DNA from: Gammaproteobacteria bacterium
GTDB lineage: Bacteria; Pseudomonadota; Gammaproteobacteria; UBA4575
NCBI GenBank assembly: GCA_965243395.1
Contig: CBDEUS010000001.1
Span: forward strand, 416,001-480,000
Direction: 5' to 3'
Length of the DNA stretch: 64,000 bases
Shown here in pieces: positions 1 through 8,914 of this stretch. The translations under genes and the position numbers were made by a program. Within the stretch, counting starts at the first letter, position 1. Each line of letters begins with the position of its first letter. The notes beneath the pieces are model-generated. The model was not told the DNA's origin. It was given only the letters and a program-made list of their open reading frames with translations, and did no database searches.

Positions 1-1380
1 CCAGGTATATTTTTTGGTAAATCTGGAAAGAAAACATGCGGCAGTAATTGTTCCGCCCCAGCGACCACCTATATTGGCTATATCGGCAAAGTTGCTATCG
101 AGTTGCGATTGATATTCATCCCATAGAGGTAATTGCCAGGTACGGTCACCCGTTTGTTCACCTGCACGAATAAGACTTTTAGCCAAATCATCATCATTAC
201 TCATTACGCCTGAAGGGATTTGACCTAACGCCACAACACATGCTCCTGTTAATGTCGCAATATCAATTACAGTTTCCGGTTCAAATTGAGCTATATAGGT
301 TAGGGCATCGCACAACACCAGGCGACCTTCGGCATCGGTATTTAAAATTTCCACAGTCTGACCAGACATGGTTGTGACTACATCACCCGGTTTAGAGGCT
401 CTACCATCAGGCATGTTTTCTGCGCAGGCCATTACACCAACAACATTAAGTGGTAAATCTAATTCGCAGCATGCTTTCATTGTGCCTAATACACTTGCAG
501 CCCCACACATATCAAATTTCATTTCGTCCATAGTGGCGCCTGGTTTTAACGAAATACCGCCCGTATCAAACGTTATGCCTTTACCCACTAATACTACAGG
601 GCGCTCATTTTCATTACCGCCGTTAAACTCCATGGTTACTAATTTTGCAGGCTCAACACTTCCATTTGAAACTGAAAGCAGTGCACCCATATTTAGTTTT
701 TTCATTTGTGCTTCTTCCAGCACGTTCACTTTTAATTTTCGATTGCCTTTTTTCAATGCTAATGCTTGTTCAGCAAGATAGGTTGGTGTGCAAATATTTC
801 CAGGTAAATTGCCTAGTTCTTTTGCTAAATTCATTCCACTGGCTATGGCTTTACCAATTTCAATACCATCGCGCATATCGGATAACTCTTTACGATTAGA
901 AGTTATAAATTTTTGTTTGCGAAAATGAATTCTTGTTTTAGCTTTTGGTTTAGTTTCACTATAAACATACATTGATGACTCAATCGTCGTAACGGCTACC
1001 TGAACTTTGGTTAATACATCTGCGTCTTTGACGGGTAACTCGGTGAGGCAATTTATGATATTGCTAATCTTGTTGCGCTTAATTTCATTGGCAACTGCAT
1101 TCAAAGCAGTTTGATATTTGCTTATTGAGAACGTATTTTCATCACCACAGCCCACAACGATAATGCAACTATGTTTGCTTCGCCCTGAATTATGTAATGT
1201 TGCAACTTGCCCTAAACCTCCTCCTGCAGCGCCACGTTGACAGGCATTAGTGATCGTATTGCGATAAGTCTTGTCTAATTTTTTTGCTGAATTACTTAAT
1301 CGTTTTGGTTTAAATATGCCCACTACAACACAATCAGCGGTTTCTTTATCAACTGACGTGGTTTTAGCGATGGTTTCCAT
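1..1380 (-). CDS. pepA: Leucyl aminopeptidase (M17), 3' end runs off the window
   Basis: Not in the ORF track. The reverse strand reads METIAKTTSVDKETADC..., with M17 motifs VGKGITFDTGG, MKFDMCGA and NTDAEGRLVLCD. ATG at 1378-1380 follows a GAGG RBS, and the gene is divergent from lptF. Confidence 0.95.
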   Translation of the reverse strand, partial: METIAKTTSVDKETADCVVVGIFKPKRLSNSAKKLDKTYRNTITNACQRGAAGGGLGQVATLHNSGRSKHSCIIVVGCGDENTFSISKYQTALNAVANEIKRNKISNIINCLTELPVKDADVLTKVQVAVTTIESSMYVYSETKPKAKTRIHFRKQKFITSNRKELSDMRDGIEIGKAIASGMNLAKELGNLPGNICTPTYLAEQALALKKGNRKLKVNVLEEAQMKKLNMGALLSVSNGSVEPAKLVTMEFNGGNENERPVVLVGKGITFDTGGISLKPGATMDEMKFDMCGAASVLGTMKACCELDLPLNVVGVMACAENMPDGRASKPGDVVTTMSGQTVEILNTDAEGRLVLCDALTYIAQFEPETVIDIATLTGACVVALGQIPSGVMSNDDDLAKSLIRAGEQTGDRTWQLPLWDEYQSQLDSNFADIANIGGRWGGTITAACFLSRFTKKYTW

Positions 1381-1474
1381 GATTTTCCTCAATTTAACTA
1401 TTTGTACTTGCTGCATTATTGCTAATATTGGCCTAAATGTAACCGTATCTGGCCTATATCTACCAAAAGCCTGA

Positions 1475-2542
1475 ATGTTTTCTACACTTAATCAATATTT
1501 TTCCCGAGAACTTGCTCAAACTTTCGCCGCAGTCAGCATCGTTTTACTGGTTGTTATTGTTGGCAAATCTTTTGTGAGTCTTCTTTCAAATGTTATCAAC
1601 GGAAAATTGCCCTCTGATGTTGTGTTTTCTATGCTTGGACTAGGGATTTTAAAATCGGCAATTGTATTAGTACCTTTTGCGCTGTTGATAACCATTATGC
1701 TTGTGGTGGGTCGTTATTATCGTGATAGTGAAATTTACGCAATAAAAGCTGGCGGAATAGGGTCCTTGGCATTATTTCGATATGCCAGCCTGATTGTTAT
1801 ACCAGTGATCGTTATTTTGTTTTACCTCTCTATCTATTCAGCGCCATGGACTGAGCAGCAAATTGAGAAGATCAAACTTCAAGCAAAAGGATTAACCGAC
1901 ATCTATGGTTTAACGCCCGGTCAGTTCATTGAGTCTAACCAAGGTAACTGGGTGGTGTTTGTTGAGGAGGCCGATAAAGAGTCGGGTAAAGTTAAAAATA
2001 TTTTTATTTCGGATCGTCGAGAGGGCAAAGTTGCGATAGAAACTGCACAGTATGCTGAGCAAAAGAATTTGCCGGAATTAGGAGGTGAATCACTAATATT
2101 GAAGCAAGGTCAACGTTATCAAGGCATACCGGGTGAAGGAGGCTTTACATTACTTGCATTTGATCAACACGCGATTCGCATTCCAGAATTTGATTTAAAA
2201 CTGGATAGTAATGACCCTGAATTCAAGGCAACTTCAGAGCTTATGCAATCCAGTGTTCTTGCAGATATTGCAGAATTCCAATGGCGTATCTCCGTGCCCA
2301 TCGCAGCAATTTTATTAGCATTATTAGCTTTTCCTTTAAGCGTGACCAATCCAAGACAAGGAAGGTTTGCAAAACTTGGAATCGCAATTGTTATCTATTT
2401 AATTTATGCAAATCTTCTGATTTTAATGGAATCATGGGTCGCGGATGGAAAATTTCCTGCAATGCCCGGAATGTTAACCGTGCATGCGGGCATGTTGTTA
2501 CTTATTGTTGTTTTAATGTGGCGTCATCGCTTAGGTGCTTAG
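1475..2542 (+). CDS. lptF: LPS export ABC transporter permease LptF
   Basis: YjgP/Q architecture, GRYYRDSEIYAI and AEFQWRISVP..NPRQGR motifs; pepA-lptF-lptG order. Confidence 0.93.
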   Translation: MFSTLNQYFSRELAQTFAAVSIVLLVVIVGKSFVSLLSNVINGKLPSDVVFSMLGLGILKSAIVLVPFALLITIMLVVGRYYRDSEIYAIKAGGIGSLALFRYASLIVIPVIVILFYLSIYSAPWTEQQIEKIKLQAKGLTDIYGLTPGQFIESNQGNWVVFVEEADKESGKVKNIFISDRREGKVAIETAQYAEQKNLPELGGESLILKQGQRYQGIPGEGGFTLLAFDQHAIRIPEFDLKLDSNDPEFKATSELMQSSVLADIAEFQWRISVPIAAILLALLAFPLSVTNPRQGRFAKLGIAIVIYLIYANLLILMESWVADGKFPAMPGMLTVHAGMLLLIVVLMWRHRLGA

Positions 2543-3652
2543 ATGACGTTGTTTAAACATTTTGATCGTTATATAGGGCGTACCGTTTTTATAGGTACCT
2601 TATTTGCGTTACTGGTTTTGTTTGCTATTGATTCGATTATTGATTTTATAAACGATGTTGAATCAGTCGACGATCGTGGCTTTACGATGACTCATGTTTT
2701 CTTGCGGCTGTTTTTTGAAATGCCTCAGCGTTTATACGAGTTTATGCCTACAGCATTGCTGCTTGGTGCATTGATTGGAATAGGCCAGCTTGCATCGAAA
2801 AGCGAACTCATTGCACTACGTGCAGCGGGAATTAGTAAATTAAGGATCATCTGGTCTGCACTAAAAGTGGGGATCGTTTTAGTCGTATTAAGTGTGTGGG
2901 TGGGAGAAATGATAGTGCCCACTTCGCAAGGTTATGTGAACAGTTTAAGTAAAAGACAAGTTCGCACAGTTGATGAAAATGGGGAAAAACTCAGTGATGT
3001 TAAAAAAATTGCATTGCGCTCAAAGTACGGTGTATGGGTGCGTGATGGTAATAAATATATTAATGCACAGGAAATTTATCCTGACTATCGAATGCGCGAC
3101 ATATGGATTTATGAACTGGATTCACAATATAAATTAAAGCGCGCTAGTTTTGCTAAACAAGCAGTTTACGTAAATGAAGTTTGGCAACTATCGGATATTA
3201 AACACAGTTTAATTTCACCTAACGGTGTTGAAACCGTTGCAGCGGAAGAGGAGCATTGGGAGAGATTAGTTTCGCCTAATTTGTTTGATGTCATCACCGT
3301 AAAACCAGAATACATGGGTGCGGCCAAGCTTAAAAAGTACATTAACTATTTAGATGGTAACGAGCTGGACTCACAACGCTATCAGCTTGCTTATTTTAAT
3401 CGTTTCGCTGTGCCATTATCCGGCATTGCAATGCTATTTCTTGCTTTACCATTTGTGTTTCGTTCTGCGCGTACCGGAGGGTTAGGGCAAAGGATCATGT
3501 TAGGTGCTGTGATTGCATTAAGCTTTAATATCTTGAGTAAAGTATTGGGTAATGCGAGCGTGGTCTATAATTTACCGCCCTTAATGGGGGCGTTTTTACC
3601 TACGTTGATTGTAATTGTTGCTGCAACTATTGCGATTCGAAGAATGGCTTGA
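2543..3652 (+). CDS. lptG: LPS export ABC transporter permease LptG
   Basis: FDRYIGR, LASKSELIALRAAGIS, GVWVRDG motifs; directly follows lptF. Confidence 0.93.
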   Translation: MTLFKHFDRYIGRTVFIGTLFALLVLFAIDSIIDFINDVESVDDRGFTMTHVFLRLFFEMPQRLYEFMPTALLLGALIGIGQLASKSELIALRAAGISKLRIIWSALKVGIVLVVLSVWVGEMIVPTSQGYVNSLSKRQVRTVDENGEKLSDVKKIALRSKYGVWVRDGNKYINAQEIYPDYRMRDIWIYELDSQYKLKRASFAKQAVYVNEVWQLSDIKHSLISPNGVETVAAEEEHWERLVSPNLFDVITVKPEYMGAAKLKKYINYLDGNELDSQRYQLAYFNRFAVPLSGIAMLFLALPFVFRSARTGGLGQRIMLGAVIALSFNILSKVLGNASVVYNLPPLMGAFLPTLIVIVAATIAIRRMA

Positions 3653-3778
3653 TTATAAATCGGTTGGGAGTTTCAATTTAGAAATTTAATAAATCCGCTT
3701 TAGTCCCAAGACATTTATATATAACTAAAGCAGTAGATAGTAGATCAGAATATAAATCTACTCAGGTAAATTGTTACC

Positions 3779-3795
3779 TGCGACAAAATGCCACA
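3779..3795 (+). promoter_or_regulatory. Putative RegA/PrrA/RoxR-type binding site TGCGACAAAATGCCACA
   Basis: Resembles the RegA/RegR consensus GCGNC-AT-rich spacer-GNCGC (one mismatch in the right half); about 65 bp upstream of the ORF that precedes regB-regA. Confidence 0.55.
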
Positions 3796-3860
3796 TTCTA
3801 ATCTGTAATTCCTGATTCTAATATTCTAATTCTATTATTAATCAAAATGGAGTTAGAACA

Positions 3861-4988
3861 ATGGATTTTCCAAGCAGTAAGCACTTTTTTTTATTTCTAA
3901 TATTTTTATTCCTTTTAATTGTACTAGTAACAAAAGCGAGTGCTGATTCAACTGCTCAACCAATAGGATTTGATGTTCATTCTGAAGGTTTGAGTCGGGC
4001 AGACAGCCATGCTCCGATTGGTGTCATGGGGGATCACATGCATCACAAAGGTGAATGGATGATTTCCTATCGGTTTATGACTATGGAAATGAAAGGAAGT
4101 AGAGATGGGAGTAGTGATATTAGCCGTGATGAAATTGTTACAACTGTCCCAAACCGATTTTTTGGTATGCCTATGCAGCCGCCTACGTTACGTGTTGTAC
4201 CTACCGAGATGACAATGGACATGCATATGTTTGGTTTAATGTATGCACCGACAGATTGGTTGACTTTAATGTTGATGACTTCATACATTGAAAAAGAAAT
4301 GGATCATGTTACTTACATGGGTCCAGCGGGGACTACAGTGCTTGGTCGATTCACTACAAAATCGGAAGGGTTTGGGGACACAAAATTAAGCGGTTTGATA
4401 CGTTTATATGATGATGGGAAACATCATTTTCATCTAAATGCAGGAATTAGTTTGCCAACCGGATCAATTACAGAAGATGATGAAATTTTAGCCCCAACTG
4501 GTGCAACACCCTCACCAAATTTACCCTATCCAATGCAACTTGGTTCTGGCACATTTGACCTATTGCCAGGAATTACATATACAGCAGCTTCAGGTCGTAT
4601 GGGGTGGGGTGCTCAATATAGTGCTGTCATTCGGTTAGAAGATGAAAATCATGAAGACTATAGTCTTGGAGATGAACATCGACTTACCGCTTGGGGAAGT
4701 TACTTATGGAAACCTTGGATGAGTACATCATTACGTTTAGCGGGTCAGACTATAGATAAGATTGACGGCCAGAATCCGGATATTGTTGCTCCGGTTCAAA
4801 CTGCAGACCCTAATAACCAAGGTGGTGAGCGGGTAGATTTATTACTAGGTGTTAACTTTTCGGGGCAATCTAATTTAAAAGGCCATCGCATAGCATTTGA
4901 ATTTGGCGCACCTATTTATCAGCACTTGAATGGGCCGCAACTTGAAACTGATTGGATTTTCACTGGGGGTTATCAATTTGCGTTTTAG
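3861..4988 (+). CDS. Outer-membrane beta-barrel 'transporter' (MetA-pathway/phenol-degradation-like family), Met/His-rich
   Basis: Signal peptide; HAPIGVMGDHMHHKGEWM and MTMDMHMFGLMY segments; GFGD and LGSGTFD motifs; C-terminal YQFAF beta-signal. Confidence 0.7.
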   Translation: MDFPSSKHFFLFLIFLFLLIVLVTKASADSTAQPIGFDVHSEGLSRADSHAPIGVMGDHMHHKGEWMISYRFMTMEMKGSRDGSSDISRDEIVTTVPNRFFGMPMQPPTLRVVPTEMTMDMHMFGLMYAPTDWLTLMLMTSYIEKEMDHVTYMGPAGTTVLGRFTTKSEGFGDTKLSGLIRLYDDGKHHFHLNAGISLPTGSITEDDEILAPTGATPSPNLPYPMQLGSGTFDLLPGITYTAASGRMGWGAQYSAVIRLEDENHEDYSLGDEHRLTAWGSYLWKPWMSTSLRLAGQTIDKIDGQNPDIVAPVQTADPNNQGGERVDLLLGVNFSGQSNLKGHRIAFEFGAPIYQHLNGPQLETDWIFTGGYQFAF

Positions 4989-5126
4989 GCCCTAGTTTTT
5001 ATCTATGAAATTAGTGTTTTATTACAATAATTAATTATCACATTTTAGGGTACAGTTTATGGGGTTGCGAGAGTAATTTTCATAAATAAAATAACGACTT
5101 AAATAATTGGATAAGTTTTAGAGCTA

Positions 5127-6389
5127 ATGAACAAACTAAATACATACACCCAGCAATCAGGACATCATGCCAACTTAAAATTACTTATCTGGTTGCGTGC
5201 AGTTTCGATTGTTGGACAATTTACCGCTGTCATTATTGCTAAACATTATCTTGAAATTTCTTTACAAACAGGTGTGTTGTATACATGGATTGGCATTTAT
5301 GTATTTATCAATCTATTAACCATCACGCGACTTTATACAAAAATTGAAATTCACAAATGGGAATTTTTTGCTCACTTAATTGTTGACATAATAATTCTGA
5401 CTATTTTATTAAAATATTCAGAAGGAGGTGCGAATCCGTTTGTTTCCCTATATTTAATCCCTCTTACCATTTCAGCAATAACGCTCCCGGCAATGTTTAC
5501 TTGGGTGTTGGCTGCTATCACGATTTGTTGTTATAGCCTACTTGTATGGGTCTTTAGCCCAATGACTGGACATAGTTTTCATGCAAATCATTTTGATGTT
5601 CATGTTATAGGTATGTGGTTGGGGTTCGTGATTAGTGCTGCTCTTGTCGCATTTTTTGTAGTTAGGATGGGCCGAATTATTCAACTACAGCAACAAAAAC
5701 TTGCAGAACAAAAATCACAACAACTACAAAACGAACAATTTGTAAAACTAGGCACGTTAGCCGCCAGTACTGCCCATGAGCTGGGTACACCACTCGGTAC
5801 TATGCAACTCGCTGTAGAAGAGTTGCAAAATAATCCTGAAGATAACAAGAAACAACTTCATATTTTAAATGATCAAATAAAACGCTGTAAAGAAGCGTTA
5901 TCAGTATTATCCGCTTCTGTAGGCGCACCGCCACTAGAAAGTGGTCAACCTATGAAGGTTAAAAACTTTATTGATGATGTCTTTAATGATTGGCAGCAGT
6001 CTCGCCCAGCCATCAATATTGAAACAAACTGGGTCTCTGATTCCTCTGGTCCAGAAATCATTGCAGAGAGATCGCTGAAACAAGCCATCAAAAATATTTT
6101 AGATAATGCAGCTGATGTATCACCAGAATATGTATTATGTGAAGCCTCGCTAAAACAAGATGAGTTGATACTCAAAGTATCAGATCATGGCCCAGGCATC
6201 ACATTTGATAAAAATGAGAAGATTGGCCAGCAACCTGTTTCAAGTAAAGCGAAAGGAATGGGGCTTGGGTTATTTTTATCGCATGGAATTATCAAAAGAT
6301 TTGGAGGAAATGTTTCTCTAAAGAATATTAGGGAAGGTGGATTACAAACCACTATTTCTTTACCAATACAAACTCTTGCCATTTCATGA
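5127..6389 (+). CDS. regB: RegB/PrrB/RoxS-family redox sensor histidine kinase
   Basis: About 6 TM segments, GANPF motif, H-box AHELGTPL, Cys in QIKRCKE, N/G boxes (LDNAAD, DHGPG, GMGLGL). Confidence 0.85.
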   Translation: MNKLNTYTQQSGHHANLKLLIWLRAVSIVGQFTAVIIAKHYLEISLQTGVLYTWIGIYVFINLLTITRLYTKIEIHKWEFFAHLIVDIIILTILLKYSEGGANPFVSLYLIPLTISAITLPAMFTWVLAAITICCYSLLVWVFSPMTGHSFHANHFDVHVIGMWLGFVISAALVAFFVVRMGRIIQLQQQKLAEQKSQQLQNEQFVKLGTLAASTAHELGTPLGTMQLAVEELQNNPEDNKKQLHILNDQIKRCKEALSVLSASVGAPPLESGQPMKVKNFIDDVFNDWQQSRPAINIETNWVSDSSGPEIIAERSLKQAIKNILDNAADVSPEYVLCEASLKQDELILKVSDHGPGITFDKNEKIGQQPVSSKAKGMGLGLFLSHGIIKRFGGNVSLKNIREGGLQTTISLPIQTLAIS

Positions 6390-6916
6390 ATAATAATTTG
6401 CTCATAGTTGAAGATGATGAAGCTTTTTCATGTGCGCTCGGAAACGCACTAGAGAAAAAAGGATTCAATGTATTTAGTTCAAGTACAGTAAGCTCTGCAA
6501 TTCATGCAGCGAATACACACTCCCCAAATTTTGCTGTTATAGATTTAAAATTAGAAAATGAATCGGGTCTGAAGATTATTCCAGTATTAAAAGGGCTAAA
6601 CTCTAAAATAAAAATAGTCGTGCTTACTGGATATGCAAGCATTGCTACCGCAGTAGAGGCTATTAAACTTGGGGCAATGCAATATTTAACAAAACCCGCT
6701 AGTAGCGAAGAAATTTATCAAGCGTTTTTTAAATCAGACGGAGATGCGGAACAAAATCTTGTTTCAAATCCAATGTCTCTAAGACGTCTTGAATGGGAGC
6801 ATATTCAAAAAGTACTAAGCGAAAATGATGGAAATTTATCTGCCACTGCAAGAGCATTGGGAATGCATCGAAGAACTTTGCAGCGCAAATTAAATAAGAA
6901 TCCTGCAAAAAATTAA
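6386..6916 (+). CDS. regA: RegA/PrrA/RoxR-family response regulator
   Basis: LTGYASIATAVEAIKLGA, WEHIQKVL and SATARALGMHRRTLQRKL hallmark motifs; ATGA overlap with the kinase. Confidence 0.92.
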   Translation: MNNNLLIVEDDEAFSCALGNALEKKGFNVFSSSTVSSAIHAANTHSPNFAVIDLKLENESGLKIIPVLKGLNSKIKIVVLTGYASIATAVEAIKLGAMQYLTKPASSEEIYQAFFKSDGDAEQNLVSNPMSLRRLEWEHIQKVLSENDGNLSATARALGMHRRTLQRKLNKNPAKN

Positions 6917-6946
6917 ATGTCTGCTATCGACCTAAAGCGGACATTT
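6915..6946. repeat. 32-bp imperfect palindrome, copy 1 (AAATGTCTGCT-ATCGACCTAA-AGCGGACATTT)
   Basis: 11-bp arms with 1 mismatch and a 10-nt spacer; overlaps the regA stop codon. Confidence 0.85.
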
Positions 6947-6963
6947 TGAAGTCTTTTATTCAG

Positions 6964-7395
6964 ATGAAGTATTTATTCAGCTTAGCTTGGTTATTGCTGA
7001 TACTGTTGCTTCTTTCATCTTGTGGACCATCTTGCCAAAAAGACTCTGAGGCTGTTGTATTTGCAAAATCTTTGTCAAATGAACAACTCGAAAAATTATT
7101 TATTGATATGCAAACACACTGGAGAAGATTCGACGCTCCTGACGATGGATACTTTCGGGGAACAGAGCCTATTGAGTTTGCTTATCTAAATGCTGCAAAG
7201 GTAAGACCAAGAGATATGAACATAATGCTAGAAGGGTGTCTCGATGAATTTGTCGGCTTAATATTTCACGGGTTCACACTTGAGCCAGATGATGTGATTA
7301 AAGAGCAGAAAATTGAAATTGAATATCACGACAGAGAAAATATAGTGCGAGAGGTATTATGGGTAAACGTTAAATTAGATGATAAAGACAAATGA
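6964..7395 (+). CDS. Hypothetical lipoprotein between the two palindromes
   Basis: MKYLFSLAWLLLILLLLSSC lipobox; ATG at 6964 preferred over TTG at 6946; stop TGA lies inside palindrome 2. Confidence 0.7.
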   Translation: MKYLFSLAWLLLILLLLSSCGPSCQKDSEAVVFAKSLSNEQLEKLFIDMQTHWRRFDAPDDGYFRGTEPIEFAYLNAAKVRPRDMNIMLEGCLDEFVGLIFHGFTLEPDDVIKEQKIEIEYHDRENIVREVLWVNVKLDDKDK

Positions 7396-7421
7396 CCGTT
7401 ATTGGCCGAAAGCAGTCATTT
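7390..7421. repeat. 32-bp imperfect palindrome, copy 2 (AAATGACCGTT-ATTGGCCGAA-AGCAGTCATTT)
   Basis: 11-bp arms with 2 mismatches; 10-nt spacer identical to copy 1 at 7/10 positions. Confidence 0.85.
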
Positions 7422-7446
7422 TAAAAACGGAGTATTTCTATTCAGA

Positions 7447-7488
7447 AACAACATCCATGTTGTTACTCATATTCGCACATCCATGTGC
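7447..7488. repeat. Two short hairpins sharing an ACATCCATGT core
   Basis: AACAACATCCATGTTGTT (7447-7464) and GCACATCCATGTGC (7475-7488). Confidence 0.7.
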
Positions 7489-7672
7489 TCACTACTCACT
7501 GCAATAGGTAATTTCTTGCTAAAGATATAGTAGGAAGGTCATGTATTTATATGCAATGACTTTGATTCCATGGGCTCATGTAAGTTTTTGGTCTTTTGTC
7601 AGGTCAGATAACTAAGTTGAACAACAGAATGAGGAGCTAACTTTTTATACTCCTTGTGAAATTGAGGCAAAG

Positions 7673-8281
7673 TTGAATCAAAAACCTATTAAAGTAACTA
7701 TATTTCGTTGGGCAGGTTCCTGGGGGCCTTTCAAAGTTAAAATTTCTTGTGGTGAATGTACTTTAACCAAAGATGTAATTTTAGATACTCTTGAAAATGA
7801 ATTATCTGGAATTTCAATAGAAATAGAATCACGAGAATGGCTGAGTGAATGGTGGAAGCCTTTAGCAAAAGGAGGATGGCATGCTCCAATTGTAATGGTT
7901 GAAGGTAAAGTTGTAAGTCAAGGAGTTGCAATCAACCGAGGTATTCTTACGCAAGCAGTTATTGAAGCCTATTCTAGAAATTTAGAAATTGAAGGCAACC
8001 ATCTTTTTGGAAAAGAAAGTTGTCCTCATTGTAAACGGGCGAAAGGGTATCTTGATCAGGCTCAAATTCCTTATCACTATCATGATGTTGTCAAAAGCCC
8101 AAGTGGCTTGTATGAAATGCTTGCTCGTGTGAAACCTCTTATTGGTTCTAAAACACCTGTAACTGTTCCACAAATATGGCTTGATGGCACATACATAGGA
8201 GGAGCGGATCAGCTTAGTAACGTAGTACAGCAAAAAGTCGAACCTAATTTTGATCGTGGTAAGTGCTCAATTTCTCCATAA
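7673..8281 (+). CDS. Two-domain thioredoxin-fold/glutaredoxin protein
   Basis: N-terminal CGEC; C-terminal CPHC with TVPQIW and YIGG; TTG start after GAGG. Confidence 0.8.
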   Translation: MNQKPIKVTIFRWAGSWGPFKVKISCGECTLTKDVILDTLENELSGISIEIESREWLSEWWKPLAKGGWHAPIVMVEGKVVSQGVAINRGILTQAVIEAYSRNLEIEGNHLFGKESCPHCKRAKGYLDQAQIPYHYHDVVKSPSGLYEMLARVKPLIGSKTPVTVPQIWLDGTYIGGADQLSNVVQQKVEPNFDRGKCSISP

Positions 8282-8544
8282 AGTCGCAGATCACACAATA
8301 AAATTCACTCCATATTATTTCCTCAGTTTTTCAGCTCTCAGAGAAAATCTTAAGAAAATATCAACAGCAATCTATGTAGAGAGTGACACTGAATACAAAG
8401 TAATCAAATTTAAATTTATTTTTTATCAGTGAGATACTAAAACCATCTGTAGTAAATTCTTAACAAGAATAAATTTAATTTCTCATTCATCTGGTTAGTG
8501 TAAAATAATGCCTTAAAAAATAATTTAATTAATTTGGAGGAGCT

Positions 8545-8765
8545 ATGAAAAAACCAGTATTCACTGCGACTCTATTCATCACAATTATATTAATACCGTT
8601 TCTTGCTTTTTCTGACAGAAATGAGCATAAAGAAACAATCAAAGTTCCGCATTCACTAAAACTACTGCTATTCCGAGTGATGTGTATGTAAATCCTCAAT
8701 TTGATATGGAAGCTGATAGGGAATATAACGAGCAGGCTGAAATGGAATTTCGTGTGTGTGGTTAG
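8545..8765 (+). pseudogene. Small secreted protein, apparently frameshifted (48-aa ORF 8545-8691; alternative frame continues to 8765)
   Basis: Strong GGAGG RBS, signal peptide MKKPVFTATLFITIILIPFLAFS, and an open shifted frame NQSSAFTKTTAIPSDVYVNPQFDMEADREYNEQAEMEFRVCG*. Confidence 0.45.
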
Positions 8766-8820
8766 CCAAATAATTTGGTATAAGTTGCAGCCATAATAGA
8801 ATCTATTAACTAGATCATGT

Positions 8821-8849
8821 AAAGAAGCTTAATTGTATTGGGCTTCTTT
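8821..8849 (+). terminator. Probable intrinsic terminator hairpin
   Basis: AAAGAAGCTTAAT-tgt-ATTGGGCTTCTTT followed by T-rich sequence. Confidence 0.55.
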
Positions 8850-8914
8850 GTAGTTTTATTTTCCTTATTTTTTACGCAAACGCGATCCTAGTTTGAATAA
8901 ACTAATGCCAAGTA

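Noticed and set aside
368-1474. + strand ORFs 368-781, 645-899 and 1271-1474
   Set aside because: Mostly antisense shadows of pepA, which the track missed because it runs off the window.
6915-7421. Reading the palindromes as integron attC or Xer dif/pdif sites
   Set aside because: No RYYYAAC/GTTRRRY cores and no intI. The spacer is 10 nt rather than 6, and there is no TTATGTTAAAT XerD arm.
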